IMG/VR virus record: IMGVR_UViG_3300020190_000032
Coordinates: 1 to 64,000 of that record
Direction: 5' to 3' (one strand)
DNA from: a virus
DNA length: 64,000 nucleotides
How positions within the stretch are numbered: position 1 is the stretch's first letter; each line of letters opens with the position of its first letter. Below, in pieces: positions 36,243 through 45,806 of this stretch. The translations under genes and the position numbers were made by a program. The notes under the pieces were generated by a model, which did no database searches, had not been told where the DNA came from, and saw nothing but the letters and a program-made list of their open reading frames with translations.

Positions 36243-36482
36243 ATGCATTTACCCAAACTGCCTACCATCTTTACAAAAGACGGGGAACAACGTAAGGTTT
36301 ATCACACTGTTGAAGCCCGTGAATTATCTGCTGCTGGTTGGGTAGAGGTTGCCGCCCAGAAACCTGCTGACGCAGAAGTTACAAAACCATCAGAAGAGAA
36401 GGAGACAGTAGAGGAGAAGCCAAAAGCAGTCAAGCCTAAAACTGTGGCACTCAAAGAGACTGAAATCGAGGAGTTTAAGTGA
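36243..36482 (+). CDS. Hypothetical protein
   Basis: ARELSAAGW motif with a Lys/Glu-rich tail, as often seen after capsid genes. Confidence 0.6.
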   Translation: MHLPKLPTIFTKDGEQRKVYHTVEARELSAAGWVEVAAQKPADAEVTKPSEEKETVEEKPKAVKPKTVALKETEIEEFK

Positions 36483-36661
36483 ACGAGCCCGAATATTTAA
36501 CAGGCCCGAGATATATTGAAGGCGTTAATTTAGACGCCGATATTATTGCGTCTCAGCCTGTTATTCATAAAAGGCAAGTAACTGATCCCGTGAACGATGG
36601 CAGTCTTGGTAAGCCTGCATACGCTCCGGGATCCACGAACAAAGATGGATCACCTTTTTAG
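36479..36661 (+). CDS. Hypothetical protein
   Basis: SD GAGGAG; GTGA overlap. Confidence 0.55.
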   Translation: MNEPEYLTGPRYIEGVNLDADIIASQPVIHKRQVTDPVNDGSLGKPAYAPGSTNKDGSPF

Positions 36662-36663
36662 TC

Positions 36664-36792
36664 ATGCCATTTAAATCGGCAAAACAAAAAAGATTTTTAT
36701 ATGCTTTTGAGCCAGAAGTGGCTAAAAAGTTTCAACGTGAAGAAGATAAAGTAAAGGCAAAGCGGAAGACTAAGAAAAAGGGGAAGAAGTAA
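36664..36792 (+). CDS. Small basic protein (MPFKSAKQKRFLYA..., not in ORF track)
   Basis: MPFKSxKQ...PEVAKKF pattern; Lys-rich tail. Confidence 0.65.
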   Translation: MPFKSAKQKRFLYAFEPEVAKKFQREEDKVKAKRKTKKKGKK

Positions 36793-36944
36793 TGGCTTTA
36801 CCGCTATCTACGGCCAAGCAAGTATCGCGGAAGAAGTCTTCCTGTAAGGTCATTAGTGAGTATTCGTCTAAAGCTTCACCTAAAAGGACTAAGCCTTTTA
36901 ATGGTGCTACTGATCGCTTTCGGCCTGCCAATAGGAAGAAGTAA
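36792..36944 (+). CDS. Small basic protein (not in ORF track)
   Basis: TAATG coupling at both ends. Confidence 0.55.
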   Translation: MALPLSTAKQVSRKKSSCKVISEYSSKASPKRTKPFNGATDRFRPANRKK

Positions 36945-37243
36945 TGGCACAGAAGAAAAGATCTACCGCCGATTTTTACGCAAAAAATCCTGAGGCATAT
37001 AAAAAGAAACTCGCCTACGACAAAAAACGTAACTCGAGCCCAGATCGCAAGGAATACCGGGCTGAACTGGCTCGTGAGCGACGTGCTAGAGGGATCATGG
37101 GCAAGGGCGGAAAAGATGTCAGTCACGCTGCTGGAGGCGGGTTTAAACTTGAGGAACCGAGCAAAAACCGGGCTAGAAACGGACATGGCAACAATGGCAG
37201 ACTTGCGCCGGGCAAGGGTAGCAGGAAATCCACCAAGAAGTAA
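36944..37243 (+). CDS. Basic protein with degenerate HNH-like motif
   Basis: GKDVSH...EEPSKNRARNG. Confidence 0.6.
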   Translation: MAQKKRSTADFYAKNPEAYKKKLAYDKKRNSSPDRKEYRAELARERRARGIMGKGGKDVSHAAGGGFKLEEPSKNRARNGHGNNGRLAPGKGSRKSTKK

Positions 37244-37277
37244 AGGGGCGGAATACTAGTTCAGCTCTTAAACGGAA

Positions 37278-38807
37278 ATGCCGATTCCGGCCAATCGTGC
37301 GAAGATACAGCTTGCGCGAGGCAATTACAACAATCTACTTGCCAATGTAGGTGAGTTTGCCGAAGGCGAGCTTTCTTATGCAAAAGATGAAAATCTTTTA
37401 TATATTAAAGAAGAAGGTCAATTAATCCGCCTCGAGTATGTTACTCGGGCCGATCTTGATCAGGCTGTAGAAGATTCTATTGATCTTGAGGTATATGGTG
37501 GCGATGGTCTTTTAACCGTTAATGGTGGCGAAGGATCTTCCCCTACCACTACGTTATCTGTTGATGAAGTCTGGTTAAGAGATAAGGTTGGGATTACTGA
37601 TTCAAAGGAACCTGCTGGATTTGTCGATAAGACAACGACGGTTATTGCCTATCGCCCTGTTGAGCAGCAATTTTGGCTTTATCCTACGGGAGCATCTGCG
37701 GCTGTATGGTGTCAAGGAGTAAAGCATACTTTTACGACATACAAGTCGGTTGCGGAACCAACGACAAGCGGTATTTATTATATTTATCTTGACAGTAGCG
37801 CTAATTTACAAATTAAATCAACTGAATTTAATTACAAACTAGACACTCCCGTTTGCCAGATTTACTGGAACGAGACGCTGGGTGCTCCACAATTGCTTGT
37901 TGATCACAGGCATGGAATTGCGATGAATTGGGCAACCCAGGAATTCCTGGAGTTAGCCACCAGTGCTGCTGTTAAGACAGGATTTACTATTTCTGGTATT
38001 ACCAATAATCCAAATGGTAATACCGACAGTCATGCAAAGTTTGCACTGACGGGTGGGACGGCACTGTTCCAAGACGTAAAGATTGAAGTTGATCATAGCG
38101 CAACACCTGCTCCGAATGTTGCGTCAAATTTATTTCAGCAGATATTAAATCCAGTAGCAAAGTTACCTGTTTTTCATCAAGATGGATCGGAATGGAAGTA
38201 TTCTACGCCTTCTGATTATGCGTTTGTTGTTGAAACGGGAGTTCCTGTTTACAATAACTTTAATGTAACTTGGCAGAAACAGCAAGTAGGAAATGGTAAA
38301 TACTTTATTTCTTATATTGCAGCGACTGGCAATACTGAATATCCCGCTGTAGCATTTTCTGGCCAGCAGCAATATAACGATTTAAGCGCTGCGGAAGCTG
38401 CTGTCTTTGGTGATTTAGATTTAAATGGTCTTGAGGTAATACCGATCAGAATATTATATAAAATTATTTATAAATACAGCACAGCTTATACGAGTACAGT
38501 TAAAGTTACAATTGAAGGATATCAAGACCTTAGATCATCTGGCGTCAACGGAGCAACTGCTGGAGTTACGGATCACGGTAGATTAGGTGGTCTTTTAGAC
38601 GATGACCACAGCCAATATGTTCATGTATCTATTGATAGAGTCATTAGCGCTGATCATAGTCATTCTGGCACAATTGACATTACAAATGAAACTCAAAGTA
38701 CAAGTGCAGAGACTGGTGCCTTGCGGATTGCCGGTGGCGTAGGAATATCCGGTAATCTTAATGTTGCCGGTGATATTGGTGCTACTTTAGACGGCGGAAA
38801 TTTTTGA
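37278..38807 (+). CDS. Fibre-like structural protein
   Basis: KIQLARG...EGELSY N-terminus; DHGRLGGLLDDDHSQY; GALRIAGGVGI; ends LDGGNF. Confidence 0.75.
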   Translation: MPIPANRAKIQLARGNYNNLLANVGEFAEGELSYAKDENLLYIKEEGQLIRLEYVTRADLDQAVEDSIDLEVYGGDGLLTVNGGEGSSPTTTLSVDEVWLRDKVGITDSKEPAGFVDKTTTVIAYRPVEQQFWLYPTGASAAVWCQGVKHTFTTYKSVAEPTTSGIYYIYLDSSANLQIKSTEFNYKLDTPVCQIYWNETLGAPQLLVDHRHGIAMNWATQEFLELATSAAVKTGFTISGITNNPNGNTDSHAKFALTGGTALFQDVKIEVDHSATPAPNVASNLFQQILNPVAKLPVFHQDGSEWKYSTPSDYAFVVETGVPVYNNFNVTWQKQQVGNGKYFISYIAATGNTEYPAVAFSGQQQYNDLSAAEAAVFGDLDLNGLEVIPIRILYKIIYKYSTAYTSTVKVTIEGYQDLRSSGVNGATAGVTDHGRLGGLLDDDHSQYVHVSIDRVISADHSHSGTIDITNETQSTSAETGALRIAGGVGISGNLNVAGDIGATLDGGNF

Positions 38808-38844
38808 TAGTAGGAATGATATAATGACTGCTTAAGTTTTTAAA

Positions 38845-39996
38845 ATGGCTAGTGCCATCAGGATCAAGCGGAGAGACGCCAGTGGTGCCGCTGGAGCACC
38901 CGCAAATCTGCTTCATGCCGAGTTGGCATTTAACGAAGCTGATAAAACACTTTATTATGGTTTTGGGTCTGGGGTCGGGAGCAACTCCAGTTCAATTATT
39001 TCAATAGCCGGCGAGGGTGCGTTTTTTTCCAAGAGTATTGTTCAGCAGGCTAATAAAGTTTTAGCAGGCCCTGCAAGTGGTGCAGATGCTGCGCCGACGT
39101 TTAGGACGCTTGTTGCTGATGATATCCCGTCGCTGACAGCATCAAAAATCAGCGATTTTGACACTCAGGTCAGAACAAATCGACTTGATCAGATGGCGGC
39201 TCCGACCGCCTCTGTTGCGTTTAACGCCCAAAAGATCACAGGTCTTGCGGATCCTACTGACGATCAAGATGCTGCAACAAAAGCATACGTTGATGCTGCC
39301 CGCAGTGGTCTTGACGTAAAAGCAAGTGTCCGTGCTGCTACTATTGGCAATATCACTCTGTCTGGCACGCAGACAATTGACGGCGTTGCATTAGTTGCTG
39401 GCAACCGAGTCCTCGTCAAAAACCAATCTATTGCTGCCGACAACGGCATTTACGTTGTCGCATCGGGTTCTTGGTCTCGTTCCGATGATGCTAACAGTGA
39501 TGTCGAGGTTACACCCGGCATGTTTACCTTCGTAGAAGAAGGTACTGCAAATGCTGATTCCGGCTGGGTTCTTACTAATAATGCGACCGTAAATCTTGGT
39601 CTTACCGGTCTAGCTTTTTCCCAGTTCTCCGGTGCTGGACAAATTACTGCTGGTGCCGGTCTTACCAAGACTGGCAATACTATTGATGTCGGCGGTACTA
39701 CCAACCGAATCACAGTAAATGCTGATTCGATCGATATTGCTTCGACTTACGTCGGCCAGAGTTCAATTACAACACTTGGCACCGTAACCAGTGGCACATG
39801 GAACGGTACTACTATTGGTGTTGCCTATGGTGGAACTGGTTTGACTTCCGCAACTAAAGGTTCTGTCCTGGTTGCAAATGCTGCTAATACCTTAAGCGCT
39901 TTGGATGGTGGTGGGGTCAATGATGGATTGCTTTTTTATACCGCAAGTTCAGACACAATCTCCTGGACTAACGAAATCGATGGCGGCACATACTAG
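38845..39996 (+). CDS. Fibre / head-decoration-like structural protein
   Basis: IRIKRR...AELAF; DAATKAYVD; RVLVKNQ...NGIY; ends IDGGTY. Confidence 0.8.
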   Translation: MASAIRIKRRDASGAAGAPANLLHAELAFNEADKTLYYGFGSGVGSNSSSIISIAGEGAFFSKSIVQQANKVLAGPASGADAAPTFRTLVADDIPSLTASKISDFDTQVRTNRLDQMAAPTASVAFNAQKITGLADPTDDQDAATKAYVDAARSGLDVKASVRAATIGNITLSGTQTIDGVALVAGNRVLVKNQSIAADNGIYVVASGSWSRSDDANSDVEVTPGMFTFVEEGTANADSGWVLTNNATVNLGLTGLAFSQFSGAGQITAGAGLTKTGNTIDVGGTTNRITVNADSIDIASTYVGQSSITTLGTVTSGTWNGTTIGVAYGGTGLTSATKGSVLVANAANTLSALDGGGVNDGLLFYTASSDTISWTNEIDGGTY

Positions 39997-40062
39997 GTAG
40001 GAACCCTAGGACGCCATTAGATAATGGCTCTATAGGGCTTTATAGCCGCCGGAGAATGCCAC

Positions 40063-40968
40063 ATGGCAGCGCCAGTTGTTAAGCTAAAGCGGTCTAGCGT
40101 ACCAGGAAAAATACCGCTTACTACGGACATTGATCTGGGCGAAATTGCCATAAATACGTTTGATGGTAAAGCATATTTTAAAAAGGATAACGGCACTGAG
40201 TCTATCGTTGAGATTGGTACTGGTGCCGGTGGTGGCGGTGGAGGCAGTTACACCGCTCCTGCAATTTTAACTTTATATAATAAGAATAATTCTGGAGGTC
40301 CGGCAACATTTGACGGAACAGAAACAAGATTTCAGTTAAGGGATTCTCCCGGAAATATTGTTACCGTCAGCAGTGCTCTTCTGGCTGCAATTAGTGTAGA
40401 TGGTGTTATCCAAAAACCGAATAGTGGTATTCCTGTTGGTAGCTTTGAGGGATTTTATGTTACCACAAACGCAACATTAGGATATGATATTGTTTTTGGC
40501 TCTGCTCCTTCTAGCACCTCTACATTTTTCGGTGTTTTAAGTGGTACGTTTGCTGCAACAAGCGGAACGACCGGGATAACAAAGCTTGATAGCCTTACCA
40601 GTCAATTCAACGGTACTGCAACATCATTCACTTTAAAAGTAAACAATGTTGCGTATGCACCAGAATATGCAAATGCAGTCTTAATTATTGTTGGTGGCGT
40701 TGTTCAGATTCCAACTTCTGCTTACACAATATCTGGTTCAACGATTGCGTTTACGTCAGCTCCACCAACTGGAACCAGTTTCTATGGAATCGATTTCAAA
40801 ATAGGTGATAGTGGTGGCAGTGCATCACTGATCACAGAAAATAAAATTGTAATCGATCAGAATGTAACAATTGGAGTTGGGTATAATGGGTTAAGCGCTG
40901 GCCCGATTGAGGTTGCGGCAACCTATAGCGTTGAAGTTCCCTCCGGTGGCACCTGGGTGATTCTCTGA
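40063..40968 (+). CDS. Fibre-like structural protein
   Basis: VKLKRSSVPGKIP...LGEIAINTFDGK; two FxGxxTxF repeats; C-terminal SAGPIEV...WVIL. Confidence 0.75.
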   Translation: MAAPVVKLKRSSVPGKIPLTTDIDLGEIAINTFDGKAYFKKDNGTESIVEIGTGAGGGGGGSYTAPAILTLYNKNNSGGPATFDGTETRFQLRDSPGNIVTVSSALLAAISVDGVIQKPNSGIPVGSFEGFYVTTNATLGYDIVFGSAPSSTSTFFGVLSGTFAATSGTTGITKLDSLTSQFNGTATSFTLKVNNVAYAPEYANAVLIIVGGVVQIPTSAYTISGSTIAFTSAPPTGTSFYGIDFKIGDSGGSASLITENKIVIDQNVTIGVGYNGLSAGPIEVAATYSVEVPSGGTWVIL

Positions 40969-41630
40969 TGACTTACGGATCTGTCAAAATTGATTCTATT
41001 GTTACGAGCACTCAGACCGTAACGGTAGACACCCTGAAGAGCGTTATAGACGCGGCTTTAGCTAAGTCCGGTGGGACGATGACTGGGGCGATTGTATTTG
41101 CCGCCGGACAGACTACGCCTGCAGTTGCTGCAATTACAAGTGGCTCGATTAGTGGGATCAATGATCTTGCTATTGCCGATGGCGGAACTGGAGCTAGTTC
41201 CGCTTCTGCCGCAAGAACAAATTTAGGCTTGGTGATCAACACTGATGTTCAAGCATATGATGCTGATACAGCTAAAACAGATATTGTTCAGACGTTTACG
41301 GCTGGGCAACGCGGCGAAGTAACAACTGTGACGAGTTCTGCCGGTGCTTTGGCGATTAATTTTGATGACAGTAATAATTTTATTTGCACATTAAGTCAAA
41401 ATATTACTTCCGTGACATTTACGAATGCTACGGCCGGTCAGTCTGGTTCTATTTTTATCAAGCAGCCGGCGTCAGGTGGTCCTTACACGGTTGGCGGTTG
41501 GGGCAGTGGGTTTAAGTTTTCTGCCGGTACGGCGCCAACAATTACAGCTACAAGTTCGAAAACAGATAGAATTGATTATGTGGTGATTGGTGCATCCGAA
41601 GTGCAAGTTGTTTGGACGGGTAACTACTGA
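40968..41630 (+). CDS. Fibre-like structural protein
   Basis: GGTMTG and LAIADGGTGASSASAARTNLG motifs. Confidence 0.75.
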   Translation: MTYGSVKIDSIVTSTQTVTVDTLKSVIDAALAKSGGTMTGAIVFAAGQTTPAVAAITSGSISGINDLAIADGGTGASSASAARTNLGLVINTDVQAYDADTAKTDIVQTFTAGQRGEVTTVTSSAGALAINFDDSNNFICTLSQNITSVTFTNATAGQSGSIFIKQPASGGPYTVGGWGSGFKFSAGTAPTITATSSKTDRIDYVVIGASEVQVVWTGNY

Positions 41631-44413
41631 TGTCTATTGTTGGAAGCAACGTACTTGCTGGCGCAAGTGGTCAATCGAGAGGCATTAAAATCGAAAGAAG
41701 CCTTCGTTTCAATAGTATAGACAGTGCCTTCTTGTCCCGCCAACCATCAACGGCGGGCAATAGGAAGATCTTTACATTATCTTTTTGGTGGAAAAATACC
41801 GTCAGGTCAACAGGGCTTCAGCGACCTATTTTTGTCGCTCAGGAGGCTTCGCCGCGAAAGGAATATTGGACAAAGTTGGTAACAACCGACGGTAACATTC
41901 TTTCCTTTGCTTCACGATCTGGCGGAGCAGATATTTTTAGCCTAGTTACCACACAAGTCTTTCGTGACCCTTCAGCTTGGTATCATATTGTTTTACAAGC
42001 AGACACTACGCAGGCAACCGCATCAAACCGCCTACGGCTTTATGTCAACGGCACGCAGGTTACTACGTTCAGTACAGCAACCTATCCATCTCCAAGTCTT
42101 GATATTGCTTACATCAACGAGTCTGGGGCGTCGCATTTCCTAGGCAGGTATTTAGACAATACATACGAGTATCTTGATTCCTATCTCGCCGACATCTGGT
42201 TCGTCGACTCACAAGCGTTGACCCCATCAGCATTTGGGGAGTTCGACACCAACAACGTCTGGCAGCCCAAGGCATACTCCGGCAGCTACTCAGGCAACTC
42301 CTTTCACCTCGACTTTGCCGACAACAGTGCAGCAACCGCCGCCGCATTAGGGAAGGACACTTCTGGCAACGGGCATAACTGGACGCCGAACAACCTATCG
42401 GTCACGGCTGGTGCAGGAAACGACAGCCTCGTAGACTCCCCCACTAATTACGGCACCGATACAGGCGCTGGTGGGGAGGTGAGGGGAAATTATGCGACGT
42501 TGAATCCGTTGGCTAAGGGCACAACCCAAGTGCTTGCCAATGGAAATCTCGATGTACTAGCACCTTCTGGTCACGGAACGACAAATGCAACGATTGCGGT
42601 TACCGCTGGACTCAAGGCATACATGGAGTTCACCCGCACGGGCGGCACAGAGGGTGGAGGGTGGGGATTTACTAGCAACTTAACCCCTTACTCTGGCTAT
42701 CCAGGAAACGCGTCGAATCTCTGGTGGGTGTATGACAATGGCGGTAACTTTGTGTATGAAAACAATGGCACGACAACGCAATACGCATCAAAAACAACCA
42801 ATGGGCAAATTCTTCAGCTTGCTATTGACTACGATGCTGGTAAAGCATGGATTGGCATAAATAATACCTGGTTCACTGCAGCCAACGCCACTACTGGTAA
42901 TCCATCAACAGGCGCTAACCCTACCCTTACGTTTTCAACCACCCTGCCACTCTTCCCTTTGGTTGAAGCTGCGGGCTGGACAGTTGCTTGCAACTTCGGC
43001 CAACGCCCCTTCGCCTACACCGCCCCCAGCGGCTTCAAGGCACTCTGCACCGCCAACCTGCCGACGCCGACGATTGCCAAAGGCTCGGACTATATGGACG
43101 TAAAGCTCTACACCGGCAATGGCTCAACGCAGACCATTAGTGGGCTGAACTTCTCGCCTGACTTTGTTTGGTTGAAATCTAGAAGTTCTGGTTCCTATAG
43201 CCACAATATTTATGACATTGTGCGTGGAGCGACAAAAATTATTTATAGCGACAGCACTTCAGCAGAAAATACAGATGCTAGTGGCCTGACTGCTTTCAAC
43301 TCTGATGGTTTTAGCCTTGGAAGCACCGCTGCTACTAACGCAAGTAGTACAACTTATGTCGGCTGGTGCTGGGACGCCGGCGCCAACAGCAGCAAGACCT
43401 ACACCGTCACCGTTGTCAGCGATAAGTTTCACATCGACGGCAAACAGCAACCCACGCTGAACCTAGAAGAAGGCAGCACATACACCTTTGATCTATCTGC
43501 TGCGTCTAACTCTGGGCATCCATTCCGGCTATCAGAATCAGCCAATGGACCTACGCAATACACAACAGGGGTGACGACTAGCGGTACTGCCGGCAATGCT
43601 GGCGCTACTTTGACAATCGCCGTTGCATCAGGCGCACCCACGCTGTACTACTTCTGCACCAACCACAGTGGAATGGGCGGGCAGATCAATACGAACACCA
43701 CCGCAGGCGCGTCCAACTTCGCAGGCAGCATCACTTCTCAGGTGAGGGCTAATGCTAGTGCGGGGTTTTCGGTGGTTACTTATACGGGGACGGGTTCTGC
43801 TGGCACAGTGGGGCATGGGTTGGGTGTGTCCCCCGAGTTCATCATTGTCAAAAGTAGAAGCAGTACAGCGGACTGGCACATTTGGCATCGCAGCTTGAAC
43901 AATGGAGTCAGCGCTGGGCAGTATGTACTCATCTTTACAACTGCATCCACTTTTGGCCCAAACGCTACTTGGTGGAATAACACGACGCCATCTTCTACTG
44001 TTTTTAGTGTCGGTGGTGGTAGCGGAACAAGTGGTAGCAGTTCCACCTACGTCGCCTACTGCTTCGCCCCAGTAGCCGGGTACTCTTCTTTTGGCAGCTA
44101 CACCGGCAACGGCAGCGCGAATGGTCCCTTTGTTTATACCGGGTTTAGGCCGAGGTGGATTCTGTTTAAAAACAGTTCCGTGGGCGTAGAAGATTGGTGG
44201 CTGCACGACACAGCGAGAAATACTTACAACGTCATGACAAGCCTATTGGTTCCAAACTCTAGTAACGCAGAAGCCACAAGCGCTGGCCACAGTGTTGATG
44301 CGTTATCCAATGGCTTCAAGATCAGGACTACGGCGCAAGGCGTTAATGGTTTGCACACCATTGTGTACGCCGCCTTCGCCGAGCACCCCTTCGCCTACGC
44401 TCGCGCTAGGTGA
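41630..44413 (+). CDS. Receptor-binding fibre with ConA/LamG-like, SPRY-like and cupredoxin-like domains
   Basis: RSLRFNS, FRDPSAWYHIV, NFGQRPFAY, repeated YTGNG...PDFVWLKSR units, HPF...YFCTNHSGMG. Confidence 0.8.
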   Translation: MSIVGSNVLAGASGQSRGIKIERSLRFNSIDSAFLSRQPSTAGNRKIFTLSFWWKNTVRSTGLQRPIFVAQEASPRKEYWTKLVTTDGNILSFASRSGGADIFSLVTTQVFRDPSAWYHIVLQADTTQATASNRLRLYVNGTQVTTFSTATYPSPSLDIAYINESGASHFLGRYLDNTYEYLDSYLADIWFVDSQALTPSAFGEFDTNNVWQPKAYSGSYSGNSFHLDFADNSAATAAALGKDTSGNGHNWTPNNLSVTAGAGNDSLVDSPTNYGTDTGAGGEVRGNYATLNPLAKGTTQVLANGNLDVLAPSGHGTTNATIAVTAGLKAYMEFTRTGGTEGGGWGFTSNLTPYSGYPGNASNLWWVYDNGGNFVYENNGTTTQYASKTTNGQILQLAIDYDAGKAWIGINNTWFTAANATTGNPSTGANPTLTFSTTLPLFPLVEAAGWTVACNFGQRPFAYTAPSGFKALCTANLPTPTIAKGSDYMDVKLYTGNGSTQTISGLNFSPDFVWLKSRSSGSYSHNIYDIVRGATKIIYSDSTSAENTDASGLTAFNSDGFSLGSTAATNASSTTYVGWCWDAGANSSKTYTVTVVSDKFHIDGKQQPTLNLEEGSTYTFDLSAASNSGHPFRLSESANGPTQYTTGVTTSGTAGNAGATLTIAVASGAPTLYYFCTNHSGMGGQINTNTTAGASNFAGSITSQVRANASAGFSVVTYTGTGSAGTVGHGLGVSPEFIIVKSRSSTADWHIWHRSLNNGVSAGQYVLIFTTASTFGPNATWWNNTTPSSTVFSVGGGSGTSGSSSTYVAYCFAPVAGYSSFGSYTGNGSANGPFVYTGFRPRWILFKNSSVGVEDWWLHDTARNTYNVMTSLLVPNSSNAEATSAGHSVDALSNGFKIRTTAQGVNGLHTIVYAAFAEHPFAYARAR

Positions 44414-44466
44414 CGTAAATACATTAAACTTTTACTTGGCACCCTAAATCGACTACCATTTCAATC

Positions 44467-45018
44467 ATGTTTTTACTGGACGGCAAACCTATTTCCTTGG
44501 ATGCTCCATTCCAAACAGAAGATGGTCGTCAGTTTCCTGCAAACTTCCTCCGTCTTGCAACACAAGAAGAACGTGAAGCTATTGGTATCACAGAAGGAAG
44601 TGATCCTCCGGTTTTTGATCAGAGGTATTACTGGGGTTACGATTCTGAGAATAATTTAATTCCAAAACAACTTGAAGACGAATCTATCTTGGACGAAGAT
44701 GGTAATGATACTGGCAGTATTCAAACAGGATTAAAGACGCAACTAATCCGCCAACAGAAAGAAATCGCCGGTTCATTGCTCGCCTCAACCGACTGGTATG
44801 TAACCCGTAAAACTGAAACGGGGGCCGACATTCCTCAAGATGTGTTGGCTTACAGACAACAAGTAAGAGAAGTCAGCAACTTAAGAGAGCTTGAAATTTC
44901 TGAAGTTACAACTGTTGAAGAATTAGTGGTATTACTAAATAGCCAGCCAACTATTTTTGATCCGGAAACGGGAGAAACTGTTCCCAACACTGATTCGTTT
45001 ATTACTCCTTGGCCGTAA
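44467..45018 (+). CDS. Tail fibre assembly chaperone-like protein
   Basis: LLASTDWYVTRK...YRQQVR motif; follows the fibre gene. Confidence 0.7.
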   Translation: MFLLDGKPISLDAPFQTEDGRQFPANFLRLATQEEREAIGITEGSDPPVFDQRYYWGYDSENNLIPKQLEDESILDEDGNDTGSIQTGLKTQLIRQQKEIAGSLLASTDWYVTRKTETGADIPQDVLAYRQQVREVSNLRELEISEVTTVEELVVLLNSQPTIFDPETGETVPNTDSFITPWP

Positions 45019-45056
45019 ACCAATGGAAGCCTATGCCTGTAGACTCACCAGGGTCC

Positions 45057-45158
45057 ATGGCTGAAAAGTGGATTCAAAAAGCAATTAAGAAAAAAGGCGT
45101 GACTGGTCGCCGAGCACACCTTGCTGAGACTCTCGGCAAGCCTCGCAAAGGTAAGTAA
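45057..45158 (+). CDS. Short basic peptide (33 aa, not in ORF track)
   Basis: MAEKWIQKAIKKKGVTGRRAHLAETLGKPRKGK; late motif at 45025-45033. Confidence 0.5.
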   Translation: MAEKWIQKAIKKKGVTGRRAHLAETLGKPRKGK

Positions 45159-45160
45159 AA

Positions 45161-45403
45161 ATGCTTGAATTAATGGCTGCAATTACTGGTGGCTTAATTG
45201 GACTGAGTGGGATTGCCGCCGGGTCGATAATCAAAAGATCAGGTGATGGTAGGGACGCTATTGTCAAATTAAGCATGGGCATTGAACATATTGGCTCAGA
45301 GCTGCAGGCGTTAAGGCAAGACATGAAAGAAGATCGCCGCGAGATCTATGGTCGCCTTGGTACTGCCGAGCAAAGAATTTCTGCATTAGAAGCAAAGCAA
45401 TAA
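45161..45403 (+). CDS. Membrane-anchored coiled-coil protein in the lysis region
   Basis: N-terminal hydrophobic helix; C-terminal EQRISALE. Confidence 0.7.
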   Translation: MLELMAAITGGLIGLSGIAAGSIIKRSGDGRDAIVKLSMGIEHIGSELQALRQDMKEDRREIYGRLGTAEQRISALEAKQ

Positions 45404-45447
45404 TTCGATAAATTTGTTGGCACACTAGGGCAACCGATAGATTTATC

Positions 45448-45636
45448 ATGTTGGGAATTACTGCTTGGTTCCTGGCTCATGGAACCGAAGTATTTGCTGC
45501 TTTATTTGCCGTTCATGCAGCGGCTGTTGCTGTGGTGAACTTAACCCCAACACCAAAGGACGACGAAGCAGTCGCAAAGTATTATAGAATTATTGAATTT
45601 GCCGCTGGCCTTTTCACCCGTCTAGCCAAGAAATGA
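45448..45636 (+). CDS. Putative holin
   Basis: Hydrophobic helix plus LTPTPKDD motif; upstream of the endolysin. Confidence 0.65.
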   Translation: MLGITAWFLAHGTEVFAALFAVHAAAVAVVNLTPTPKDDEAVAKYYRIIEFAAGLFTRLAKK

Positions 45637-45797
45637 TTGATAAAAACAAAAAAGATTTAACGCCATCCGAAAGGATGGCTATTTGTCGTAGCTGCATATA
45701 TTTTGAAAGAAAGTTTGCTCGTTGCTCACAATGCAACTGCTGGATGAACGTCAAGACTCAAAAGCCAGATGAATCTTGTCCGCTTGAAAAATGGTAG
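45633..45797 (+). CDS. Small Cys-rich protein, copy 1 (DUF6171-like; not in ORF track)
   Basis: ERMAICRSC...RCSQCNCWM..KT...CPLEKW. Confidence 0.75.
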   Translation: MIDKNKKDLTPSERMAICRSCIYFERKFARCSQCNCWMNVKTQKPDESCPLEKW

Positions 45798-45806
45798 GAT
45801 TTAAAA

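Noticed and set aside
41630-44413. Diversity-generating retroelement target in the fibre gene
   Set aside because: No reverse transcriptase and no roughly 100-nt TR/VR pair differing at adenines was seen; internal repeats are short
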